Origin: an uncultured Methanomicrobiales archaeon
GTDB lineage: Archaea; Halobacteriota; Methanomicrobia; Methanomicrobiales; Methanospirillaceae
Reading direction: 5' to 3'
DNA length: 64,000 nt
Assembly (NCBI GenBank): GCA_963697895.1
Contig: OY969100.1
Location: 1,568,001-1,632,000 of the forward strand
Position 1 is the stretch's first letter, and every line of letters starts with the position of its first letter. Below, piece by piece: positions 39,372-48,620 of the stretch. The notes beneath the pieces are model-generated. The model saw only the letters and a program-made list of their open reading frames with translations. It searched no databases and was not told the origin of the DNA. The translations under genes and the position numbers were made by a program.

Positions 39372-40490
39372 CTACCAGGGATGCATAATTGTATCTTCCA
39401 TGTGGCCTTTCAACATTTCGAGGGTATCCCGATCGAGTATCAGGGTAAGGTTTGGCTGAATGAAGAATATGGGGAAATTGCCCCGGATGCTTGTCCAGTG
39501 TATGGAATACATTCGGGCTTCGATGAGTGAGGTTGCGATCTCCCGCAAGATCGGGCAATGGGAGCCTGAAGAGACATCTGTTTCCTCTCGATGACCTCCT
39601 GCCCCCTTCAGCGGGGGAAGAATTTCTTCCTTTACGTATCTGATAACGGAACTATTGATACTCCTCATAAGACGACGGCTAAATATCCCGTGCAGGAATC
39701 TAACGATGACAAACTGGATCAGAAAAATGAGAATAAGTTCGAGAATACCGGTGAGGAATGTTACTCTTTCCTCACGGATCACCTCCCAGACGGTAATTCC
39801 CGGGAACAACAGTGTTGACAGGACGAATCCCGAGAGAAACAGCCCAATGATGCCGAATGATATTACAAGGAGAAAAATCACGGACCGTCCTCTGTGGATC
39901 TTTATCCGCATCCTTTGGACCATTTCCATAAATGCGTGGCTGTAGGGTTTTAAAAAATAAATTGACAGATAATAAATGATGATCACCGCAGACTGGGTCA
40001 TAATGATCAGGATTATGCGTACCGGATGCATCTCGAGCAGATACAGAAGGAATGCCATAACGATATCGCTGACGCACAGGAGGGTTATAGGGATCGCGAG
40101 TGGCCGGCTGTTTATAAAAAACGCATTCAACAGGACGTAAAGGAATGTATCGCGATGTTCAACCACTCCGACACCCTTCAGGGTTTTCATGTAGCCATTT
40201 GATGCCCCCCGGGCCTGGTCTCTCTTGATACTGGCGAGTGCCGGGATGAGAAACGTCAGGGGATAGAGTATGATAATAAACAGTGTGGATGCCACCCAGA
40301 GCACCATGTAATCCTCTAATACAAATGCACAGAGGATCGTCCCTGTCAGAGCAAAAATGAATATTACTTTGTCGATCGGTCCCGGTCCCGCTTTCGAGAT
40401 CTGTTCCCGCCAAGAAAGTTCCTGTTTCAGTACATCTTCCGCGAATTCTTGCAGGAACTGTTCCGGGTTTGCCTCATTGCAGACATCCAT
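39372..40490 (-). CDS. Hypothetical polytopic membrane protein
   Basis: 372 aa with about six TM segments. Confidence 0.7.
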   Translation of the reverse strand: MDVCNEANPEQFLQEFAEDVLKQELSWREQISKAGPGPIDKVIFIFALTGTILCAFVLEDYMVLWVASTLFIIILYPLTFLIPALASIKRDQARGASNGYMKTLKGVGVVEHRDTFLYVLLNAFFINSRPLAIPITLLCVSDIVMAFLLYLLEMHPVRIILIIMTQSAVIIIYYLSIYFLKPYSHAFMEMVQRMRIKIHRGRSVIFLLVISFGIIGLFLSGFVLSTLLFPGITVWEVIREERVTFLTGILELILIFLIQFVIVRFLHGIFSRRLMRSINSSVIRYVKEEILPPLKGAGGHREETDVSSGSHCPILREIATSLIEARMYSIHWTSIRGNFPIFFIQPNLTLILDRDTLEMLKGHMEDTIMHPW

Positions 40491-40694
40491 GTTGTCACAC
40501 CACGAGTAAGAGAATTTGGGGGGGTCACGACATAATGAATTGTTTCAAATCTTTTATACCCACATGATAAGGAACAATTATATCGTTTCAATAATGTGCA
40601 TCATATGCATTTTACTTGCAATAAGCCGATCGAAAAGTTCCGGAGGTATCAGATTCGATAGAATAATATACCATTCAAAGGGTGATCCGATCTT

Positions 40695-40889
40695 ATGTGC
40701 GCTCATGCTTTCGTGCTCCCCCGCTATCGTTGCCGGATTTGTGGCTATATATACGATCCGGATCGTGGGGATGCCAGTCAGGGTATTTCTCCCGGAGTTG
40801 CCTTCGATAAGTTGCCAGGAAATTTCCGTTGTCCCAAATGCGGAGCTTATGCGACGGCCGGGGGGAGAAAGCCATTTGAAAAATGTTGA
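40695..40889 (+). CDS. Rubredoxin
   Basis: [12 protein letters not shown]...F..LP..FRCPKCG; the start may be GTG 40713. Confidence 0.88.
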   Translation: MCAHAFVLPRYRCRICGYIYDPDRGDASQGISPGVAFDKLPGNFRCPKCGAYATAGGRKPFEKC

Positions 40890-41006
40890 AATGAACGTCA
40901 CTCTTCTGATGTTTGATTGGTTCAACCGATTCCCAAAGGTTTTTGAAAATGAGATGTCGTATATTTGTTCCTGAATGTAAATTTTATATATATTAAAAGA
41001 AGAGAT

Positions 41007-41306
41007 ATGAGTTCTATGGCTGAATATACCGCTTACCAAAAAAATTTGAGAATTGCAGGTGCGGTAATCCTGGGCATTTTCGTGGGCTTCTTTCTCTTTT
41101 TAATCGTAGCCTTGGTGATCGGGGCCGTCAATGACAGCCTGGGTACGAATATACCGATCGATATGCTTTTCGCTGAAAATATCTGGAGTGCAATACTGCT
41201 CATTGCCATCATCGGATTCTGCATCGGGGTATTTTGCTGGAGGGTACTGGCCTCCCAGCCGACACCGACTGAATTCGAAATTCCGGAAACAATCGATAAA
41301 TTTTAA
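41007..41306 (+). CDS. Small two-TM hypothetical membrane protein
   Basis: Two hydrophobic segments; start at 41007 or 41016. Confidence 0.6.
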   Translation: MSSMAEYTAYQKNLRIAGAVILGIFVGFFLFLIVALVIGAVNDSLGTNIPIDMLFAENIWSAILLIAIIGFCIGVFCWRVLASQPTPTEFEIPETIDKF

Positions 41307-42059
41307 TCGGTCTCTCAATTTTTATATTCGTACCATCCTAATTTTTTATGGCGGATGAACATTTGGTTACATGGAGGGTTCGATGAGGCAACCCGAATAA
41401 CTGACCCACCCCCTGATTTTACCCAGAGATCACGGTTTTTCCTCCGAGGACACTTTTTACATAAAATATATTTCCCTATCCCTCTAAACAAACACTCGTT
41501 TTTGGATGCTTCCCTATAAGCTGTGGAATATTTAGATTCGCGGTTTTGATGACCAATCAGGGATATTAAGGTCAACTCAAATGTTGCAGACGTTTTCCTG
41601 AGCCATAATAACATCTATTTGGGCGTATTTTCACTAAATCGGCAGGTGACCATTTCCCTTGAGGGTAAATCGTGAACACGCCTCCCAAATAATTTGATAT
41701 AACGAGCTATTTTATAAAAAGAAGGGTTTTTAGACGATTAAAAAGGTGCTTTTTATTGCCTCATCGGCACGGGGGTAAATTCCGAGGTATTACGGACCAT
41801 CGGAAGGAAGATCTGCTCTCTAGAATGCAGGATTCGCCGTGTTTTTTAGGCCTTTCCGGAAATTGCAGCGACTGCTTAGATGCGACAGAGCATGATTCGA
41901 AGTAAGATTTGTCGATTGTCTCCGGTTACCTTGTCATAAACGGGGTTCTTGGCCAAACAATTTCTGCAATAGTCGAACAACCCCGCTCCATTCGGAGGAA
42001 GAATTCCCCCAACCATGAATAGAATACCGAGACCCGGGGCTTGCTGTGAGAATAATTGC

Positions 42060-43892
42060 CTAATCCGGGAAATATTCCTTTTTGCCCGGTATGTAGAGTG
42101 CAGCAGTATATTCCTCAATGAAATCGACATCAACCAACAGATCGATATACACCATCCTTTCTGCAATGGTCTCTGCCTCCTTCCTTTTCTTTGCTGATAG
42201 GAGTGCTGCTGCAGCACCGGTGAGCGAGCCATTCCCGATGGGATGATAGTCTGCATTGAAAAACCTGGGGATAATACCAAACCGGGTGATGCTGCCAAGG
42301 TCGGTGAATGCACCAAACGCACCGGCAAGAAACACATGCCGGACATCCTCCAGTCGTGTCCGGTATTTTTTCATGAGCACGCCGATTGCACCACAGGCGG
42401 CAGCCTTTGAATCCATAAGATACATCATATCCTGTGAAGTAAAGACAATATTCCGGCTGGTTGCTGACTCGTCTTCCGGCACCAGCACATATTCCAGCCC
42501 GGTCTCACCATGGATTACGCCGGGTTTTCCATCCACCAGTTTCCCGGTAAAGTCAAGAATACCCGCACCCTCCATCGCTGCGGCGGCATCGATTATCCCT
42601 GACCCGCATATCCCCCTTGGCCGCTCGTTGCCGATTGTTGTCCACGCAGCCACTCCGCTTTCCGGATCAATGGTGACATGCTCAATTGCTCCCCGCATCG
42701 CCCGCATCCCGCTTGTAATACCCGCTCCTTCAAACGCCGGGCCTGATGCGCAGGAGACCGATGCCAGCCATTCAGCATTTCCCATAATTATCTCGCCATT
42801 TGTCCCAAGATCGACCAGGAGCGAGAGCTCCTCTGATCGGTGCATACCACTGACAATGACATCACCCACGGCATCTCCGCCGACATACCGGCTCACGTTG
42901 GGGAGGCAGTAGACATATGCTTCAGGATGAATCTGCAGGTAAAGATCACGGGCTCTTTTTACCAGGGGTTTTTTATCCACTGCTGCATCGGCCAGCTCAA
43001 GGCCTCTGGGATCGCGGCCGGTAACAAGATACTGCATGACCGTATTTCCTGCAAGACATATCTCATGAATCTCCGTTCTTTCAATTCCGTTGGATGCTGC
43101 CAGCTGGCCGATAACTGTATTGATACTTTCAACCGCTGCCAGGCGCAGTTTTTCGAGTCCGTTGGGTTCACGGGCAAACGCCAGCCTTGTAACCAGTTCC
43201 TCCCCGTAGGTGATCTGGCGGTTCAGGGTCGATGCCTGCGCACAGAAGTTCATGCCAGCGAGATTGAACATCATGCCGACGACTGTTGTTGTTCCAAGGT
43301 CAATCGCAAGGCCGTAGTTCCTTCCTGTGGTATCACCCGGTTCAATCACAATTATTTCCGGGTATCCTGCGGAATCGGAGATGGTGACTGTAAAGGGGCC
43401 GCTGGCCGATACGAGGCGCCGATGTTGATCAGTGGTCATATGCGGACGTTTTCCAACGTAGCCTTCGAGGCGCAGGGACCGGTGACCATCAGACAGATCA
43501 AATGCAGTATGACCGTAGCTGATCCGGTATTTCATCACTGAAGGCGAGATCAACGTCTCATCACTGCAGATACCAAGCAGGATCTTTGGCGCATCGATCC
43601 TGCTTTCCACGGGGATAAAGAATTCACAGTCCCCTAAGAGGTAGGTCCGGCAGGCAAGACAGAAATGTTGCTGGATCTCGTCCGCGGAAAGGCCCCGGGT
43701 GCTTTCCGGGGAGCCTGCGGTGCAGTTGCCTCGAGTATGGATCACCCTGCATTTTTTGCACTCCCCCTTGCCGCCGCAGATGCTTTCAAATTGGATATCT
43801 GCTTTCCTGATGGCATCCAGTACCGAGGACTGTTGGGGAACGCTGACAACTTTGTTGAGGGGATGGAAAACCACCGTCACTGATTCGTCCAT
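42060..43892 (-). CDS. ASKHA-type reductive activator of corrinoid proteins (RACo/AcsV-like)
   Basis: N-terminal [2Fe-2S] CGGKGECKKC...C; DLGTTT, DLGTNGE, GPAFEG and GICGSG motifs; GGAGTGA RBS before ATG 43892. Confidence 0.9.
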   Translation of the reverse strand: MDESVTVVFHPLNKVVSVPQQSSVLDAIRKADIQFESICGGKGECKKCRVIHTRGNCTAGSPESTRGLSADEIQQHFCLACRTYLLGDCEFFIPVESRIDAPKILLGICSDETLISPSVMKYRISYGHTAFDLSDGHRSLRLEGYVGKRPHMTTDQHRRLVSASGPFTVTISDSAGYPEIIVIEPGDTTGRNYGLAIDLGTTTVVGMMFNLAGMNFCAQASTLNRQITYGEELVTRLAFAREPNGLEKLRLAAVESINTVIGQLAASNGIERTEIHEICLAGNTVMQYLVTGRDPRGLELADAAVDKKPLVKRARDLYLQIHPEAYVYCLPNVSRYVGGDAVGDVIVSGMHRSEELSLLVDLGTNGEIIMGNAEWLASVSCASGPAFEGAGITSGMRAMRGAIEHVTIDPESGVAAWTTIGNERPRGICGSGIIDAAAAMEGAGILDFTGKLVDGKPGVIHGETGLEYVLVPEDESATSRNIVFTSQDMMYLMDSKAAACGAIGVLMKKYRTRLEDVRHVFLAGAFGAFTDLGSITRFGIIPRFFNADYHPIGNGSLTGAAAALLSAKKRKEAETIAERMVYIDLLVDVDFIEEYTAALYIPGKKEYFPD

Positions 43893-43988
43893 GCCTGTTG
43901 TCACTCCATTTCCGGGATCATCATTTCTGGCTGTCAATATCCGGAGGCCTCCGTTCATGTGACACATCAAGTTCTTTTTGAATGCTCT

Positions 43989-45434
43989 TCAGGATTGCAC
44001 AGGCCAGCGATCCCTGAGGTAGTGGGGAATTCCGGATGAATCCTTTGGTCCGACCAGCACTCTCCATCCGGTTACCTCTTCGGTATCGCCGCTGATCCGT
44101 GCTGCAAGGCCAGGAATGATCAGGGTCGTGTGGTTGACCAGAGACCCGACATTATATTCCTTTAATGCAGTAGCTATCGAATCAGGCGTAAAGTTTCGCC
44201 CTGCAACCGCACTCTCGACACTCAGCCCCCCGGTATCGATGACAACAAGGTAACAGTCTATGTTTGCAGCCTTGATATCAGATTCAACCGTGAAATAGGT
44301 CAGTGCATAATTGGTGGTCACAAGGACCGGGGAATCCCGATCAGGTTTTCCATACTCCCTTACACCAGCTTCCACAGAGACCGGTTTTCTTGGATCCGTA
44401 TAGATATTAAACCGCCATATGAGCTGGGGAAGAAGAACCCATCCGTCAAGGCTGTGCATGATCAGCAGATCAGCATACCGTGTAAGAAGCATTGAAGCGG
44501 TAACCGCCTCCCGCCATCCCAACACATCTTCTGAGATTTCTCCCCCGCTCCAGACGGTCATCGGAACTCCAAGCAACGGAAATCCGAAAAAATCATCGTA
44601 TGTGCGGCATGCGCCTGTCCGGATTGCGGTAAAGTTGTGGATGGTCTCGGAAAGCCCGTTTTCGGCCGAGGTACCGGGATCCAGCACCAGATCGATTACC
44701 CCGTACTCGAGAAGCGTCCTGACAAGTGATCGCAGCAATGGAAGATCATGGGGAGCAAAAACCACGAGAGGGCACTGGTAGGTTAACGCCAATTCTGCCA
44801 TCTGCTTCCAGTTGTCCTTTGTTGCAGCGTAGATCAACGGTTTTTTTTCGCCTGCAACCGTGAGACCTGCCTCCATAACTGCCGGATCCAGCGAAACGAG
44901 AATAAGGGGCAGTGATGTTACATCTAACGTTTTTTTCACCGTTGTTCTGAAGGTTTCCGGGTCCCCTGACACCGAACGGATGGCAATTGCATCAAGGCTG
45001 AGTTTTCTCCCGATATAATGGTAGGAAAACTGTTCGATCTGCCGCACTCTCGATTCCAGCTCTTCATCCTTCAGAAGGTCATGGACATCAATTGCAATCG
45101 GTGCCGGGTTATGGTAGGTGAACTCGTGGCGCTGGAGCACATATTTTCCACCGACGGTGAGACTGGTACTGCCTGCGCCGAAAGTGATAGTTCGTACGGG
45201 CGGCGCGAGGAGTTCCGTAAGATGGATACAGGCATCCTGATACTGATCGGTGTATAGCGGAAGACAGTCGGTAAGCACCCGTTCGCCGTTCACGATGCGG
45301 GTCGCAAATGCCATACAGTTGGATTCATTGCACTCCTTGCAGTTGGTCTTCGGCAGAAACTGGTAGACATCGATCGGGCTGATCTCCCGGATACTCTTTT
45401 TCTGTTTTATCTCCCTGGATGCTTCGCTGCTCAT
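43989..45434 (-). CDS. cdhE: ACDS complex gamma subunit (corrinoid Fe-S large subunit)
   Basis: LPKTNCKECNESNCMAFA, IYTDPRKP and TTNYALTYFTV motifs; ATGA overlap with cdhD. Confidence 0.94.
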   Translation of the reverse strand: MSSEASREIKQKKSIREISPIDVYQFLPKTNCKECNESNCMAFATRIVNGERVLTDCLPLYTDQYQDACIHLTELLAPPVRTITFGAGSTSLTVGGKYVLQRHEFTYHNPAPIAIDVHDLLKDEELESRVRQIEQFSYHYIGRKLSLDAIAIRSVSGDPETFRTTVKKTLDVTSLPLILVSLDPAVMEAGLTVAGEKKPLIYAATKDNWKQMAELALTYQCPLVVFAPHDLPLLRSLVRTLLEYGVIDLVLDPGTSAENGLSETIHNFTAIRTGACRTYDDFFGFPLLGVPMTVWSGGEISEDVLGWREAVTASMLLTRYADLLIMHSLDGWVLLPQLIWRFNIYTDPRKPVSVEAGVREYGKPDRDSPVLVTTNYALTYFTVESDIKAANIDCYLVVIDTGGLSVESAVAGRNFTPDSIATALKEYNVGSLVNHTTLIIPGLAARISGDTEEVTGWRVLVGPKDSSGIPHYLRDRWPVQS

Positions 45435-46675
45435 ACCCTCACACTCGCCCAGTCCTGGATCCTGTCTGCCGGTTCCTGTCCCGGTGTGGCTAGCTGGTGA
45501 AGGACATCCCGTAACGTGTTCACTGCCGCAGGGTGCATCATCAGGTAGAGATCGATCCCGGCCAGCATCAGGGTCAGCGCGTTGATTGTTTCCCAGATTG
45601 GTCCGCGGAACTGGCGGGATCCATATTCCGGGGGGAGCTGCATCCACGCCTCACGGGCTGCCCACGCATTGGTCGGCGCCGAGATAACCGGATGGGCCAG
45701 TTCGTCGTCACCCATCAGCGCCGCATACCGTGCCCGTTCATAGATGGAGAAAGAATATTCAAGTCCATACCCCAGCGCAACCGTTGTTAAATCCATGACT
45801 ATCTGCTCCGGGGGCAGATACGCGTACAGCCTGCGATTGAGCTCCTTGGCATTGTTGAGCTCTAACCCGGTAAAGGCGAGCACCACATGACCGTGATCAC
45901 GGGCCGTGGTCGCTACCTTCTCCAGTGTTTTCTGTTCTACCATGTCAAGGGTGACGGAATTGATCAACAGCCGCTCCCCGTCTGCCATTTCAGCAATATG
46001 GGCAAAGACTTCGGCATCTTTTTTGGGGTCACCGCACCCGCCGATGACGAGCGGGACGTCAACCGCCTCCAGAACATCCTCAACGGTCTTTGCAGCCTGT
46101 GACGGGGAGGTGTCCCTGATCAGAGGATCAGTGCTCATCAGGTGGACGGTAACCATATCGGCTCCGAGGGTGTTCACATTCAGGCGTGCCCATTCTGCAG
46201 GATCATGCATGACTTCCCGTACATGTTCCTTCAGCACCCTGGGGAGGGAGATCTCCATATCAAAAACGTCTAAAGAGATAACAGGATCATGAATTGGCGG
46301 GTGTGAAATGGCAGAGTATGCCGGCATGGTGGCACCTCCGATCGTGAATGTCTTTCCCCGGCTTCCACCCTCACTCTTTGTTGCACCCAGCGTGACTTCC
46401 CGGACTTTTCCCTGATATTCTGCAGCCAGCGGGGTGAACGGTGCAGGAATGAGTTCCGCTGGTCTGGCTTTTTGCACCGCCTGGGTAGCCGGTTGTCCGG
46501 GCTGGGTAAATGTCCCCCGGGGTATGAACAGTTCGAGATCCCCGATCTCCATGGAAAAGTTTTCCAGTTCAACCTGTTGGACACCTTTTAATAATTCCAG
46601 GATCCCAGGGGCGAGTGTGAGTATCTGTTCAATCGTTCCCTTCTCCTTATGATTTTTTTTGGGCACTCTGCTCAC
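45431..46675 (-). CDS. cdhD: ACDS complex delta subunit
   Basis: DVFDM, STDP, ALGYGLEYS and NAWAAREAW motifs. Confidence 0.94.
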   Translation of the reverse strand: MSRVPKKNHKEKGTIEQILTLAPGILELLKGVQQVELENFSMEIGDLELFIPRGTFTQPGQPATQAVQKARPAELIPAPFTPLAAEYQGKVREVTLGATKSEGGSRGKTFTIGGATMPAYSAISHPPIHDPVISLDVFDMEISLPRVLKEHVREVMHDPAEWARLNVNTLGADMVTVHLMSTDPLIRDTSPSQAAKTVEDVLEAVDVPLVIGGCGDPKKDAEVFAHIAEMADGERLLINSVTLDMVEQKTLEKVATTARDHGHVVLAFTGLELNNAKELNRRLYAYLPPEQIVMDLTTVALGYGLEYSFSIYERARYAALMGDDELAHPVISAPTNAWAAREAWMQLPPEYGSRQFRGPIWETINALTLMLAGIDLYLMMHPAAVNTLRDVLHQLATPGQEPADRIQDWASVRV

Positions 46676-48050
46676 CTCCCTTGTTCGGCCCCGGTTTTAC
46701 GGGTTGTATGATCACTCTTTCTGCAGTGATCCTGGCATTCTTGAATATGATCCAGAAACCACCCGCGTCGAAGGGAACATCCCCGGCATAGAATCCCGCA
46801 GCCCCGGCAGGAGAGATTTCAGGTACAGTCTCCTCAGTTACCCACCGCTGAATGACGGGATGGTTATGGGTTGTCAGAAATTCTTTCAGTTCTGGAACAG
46901 AACTCACGTCGTTTTCTGTGGCGATTTTGTCGTACAAGGAATCCGGAATAAATGGCTTGAGCCTCTCCTTCGTTTCCTGCGGTATCCATGCCACCCGGTT
47001 ATACCCCCCATCCGCACAAAGGAACTTGTTCGAACGCATGTATTCCACGGAAATCCCGTGGAACCCGTCTATCTGCCGGCCACCCGCAGTTGAATCGGCC
47101 ATGGTTGAAAATGCCAGCCCATTGACCGTAACATCCTTGAAGCTGCGCAGCACGATGCCGAAACCGTCCACTTCCGGAATAAAGAACGCAATACCTTCAA
47201 AACAGCCGCAGGATGTGTGGGGGTAGCCAAATGCCGTGTACAGGTGGACACGGCTCACCTCCCCCATGGACCGCTTTTTGGCACTCTCGTTTACGCCGGT
47301 ATATTCCCCCTTCTCTGGATCGAGACAAACGCCCTTTATAATGGGAAATATCGGGCCGCTCGGGTCAATCCCTGCTGCAGCCCTGCCATCAAACCAGCTG
47401 ATCGCACCACAGTTTGCATACCGCTGGGGAGTAATAACACAGACATGCGCCGGGGCAAAAGACTGGCAAAGAGCACATCCATAAAATGTGTCCACCTCCT
47501 CATCGGTCATACCTCGTGCCCGTTCATCTCGTGCATCATAGACCGAAAGAGTTTCAGTATACAGCTCATGAATTTTTTCTACATCGGTGATGAATGTTAT
47601 CTGGACCTTCTCGATAAACGGCAGTTCGTTTTTGTAGAGTTCGATGAGTACATTTCCGATATACTTAAGAGAATCAAGCCCTTTCTTGAAGGCCTTTTTG
47701 GAGATCCGGATCCAGATATCATACCGTTGGTTGAGGTGCATAAACCCTTCGATATAATTACTGTACTCATGGATCCTCCTCTCTATCACCCCTTCAAGAT
47801 CCTTTTCAAGACGGGGACCGGCGATTTCAACAAGGATTCCCAGGGGATAACTTTTCCCCTCTTCCATCCCGGCAATATCCGGGCCGATGATGAGCACAGC
47901 ACCATCTGAGACTTCCCCGGCACCCCTCACGCGGACAATCTCGAACTTCTCCGGGATATCCGGGCCGCCCAGCTCGACCTGCATATCGTTTTTCCGGACC
48001 CGTTCGCCCTCGTGGACAAGCCCGACTTCGACCGGAATATTCTCAAACAT
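46647..48050 (-). CDS. cdhC: ACDS complex beta subunit (acetyl-CoA synthase)
   Basis: FYGCALCQSFAP, CGAISW and PHTSCGCFE A-cluster motifs. Confidence 0.95.
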   Translation of the reverse strand: MFENIPVEVGLVHEGERVRKNDMQVELGGPDIPEKFEIVRVRGAGEVSDGAVLIIGPDIAGMEEGKSYPLGILVEIAGPRLEKDLEGVIERRIHEYSNYIEGFMHLNQRYDIWIRISKKAFKKGLDSLKYIGNVLIELYKNELPFIEKVQITFITDVEKIHELYTETLSVYDARDERARGMTDEEVDTFYGCALCQSFAPAHVCVITPQRYANCGAISWFDGRAAAGIDPSGPIFPIIKGVCLDPEKGEYTGVNESAKKRSMGEVSRVHLYTAFGYPHTSCGCFEGIAFFIPEVDGFGIVLRSFKDVTVNGLAFSTMADSTAGGRQIDGFHGISVEYMRSNKFLCADGGYNRVAWIPQETKERLKPFIPDSLYDKIATENDVSSVPELKEFLTTHNHPVIQRWVTEETVPEISPAGAAGFYAGDVPFDAGGFWIIFKNARITAERVIIQPVKPGPNKGGEQSAQKKS

Positions 48051-48078
48051 GGTCCGCCACCATCATATCAGTCTCATA

Positions 48079-48618
48079 TCAGTCCTCGAAATGCTCAATA
48101 ATGCCCTTGAAATTCGCAGCCCAATCCTTGATGGTGCTATTGGGAAACGACCAGCTCGCATTTGGCTGGTACACGCAGTCAAGAGTCATGGTCTTGACCT
48201 GCGGTGCGAAATGTTTGAGTCCGGAAAGAATCGTCCATTCCATGGAATACGGCAGCCCGACAAAGATGGCGAGATCGTAATTGTCTTTCCCGTCAAAACC
48301 TTTCCAAGTTGGGTCCGTGAGACGGTTGCCGATATCCATTGCCGGCATCAGGGCTGCAGGCTTAAAACCTCTTTGCAAGAACTCCCGGTTGGTGCTTGCC
48401 GTGACAACGACCGGGATGTCTGCCTTTATTGCAAGTTCCATCAGGCATTCAATCAGTTTTTTTCCCTCGATCTCATATTCGAGAGCACCGTGGCCGACAA
48501 TCATGATCGGGCGTTTTGCCCGTCGGATGATGGCATCGGCAATTTCCGGTTTGATGATGAGGGATGCCTTTTTCGGTCCTGGTATCTCGGCGGTCTGCCA
48601 GGATTCGGAAAGCGGCAT
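48079..48618 (-). CDS. cdhB: ACDS complex epsilon subunit
   Basis: IRRAKRP, WKGFDGKDNYDL, LKHFA and PNASWSFPN motifs. Confidence 0.93.
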   Translation of the reverse strand: MPLSESWQTAEIPGPKKASLIIKPEIADAIIRRAKRPIMIVGHGALEYEIEGKKLIECLMELAIKADIPVVVTASTNREFLQRGFKPAALMPAMDIGNRLTDPTWKGFDGKDNYDLAIFVGLPYSMEWTILSGLKHFAPQVKTMTLDCVYQPNASWSFPNSTIKDWAANFKGIIEHFED

Positions 48619-48620
48619 AC

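Noticed and set aside
41310-42059. att-site duplication of the tRNA-Thr 3' end bounding the cdh cluster
   Set aside because: No direct repeat of the tRNA 3' sequence was found and no integrase is present; only a 7-nt match in the wrong orientation.
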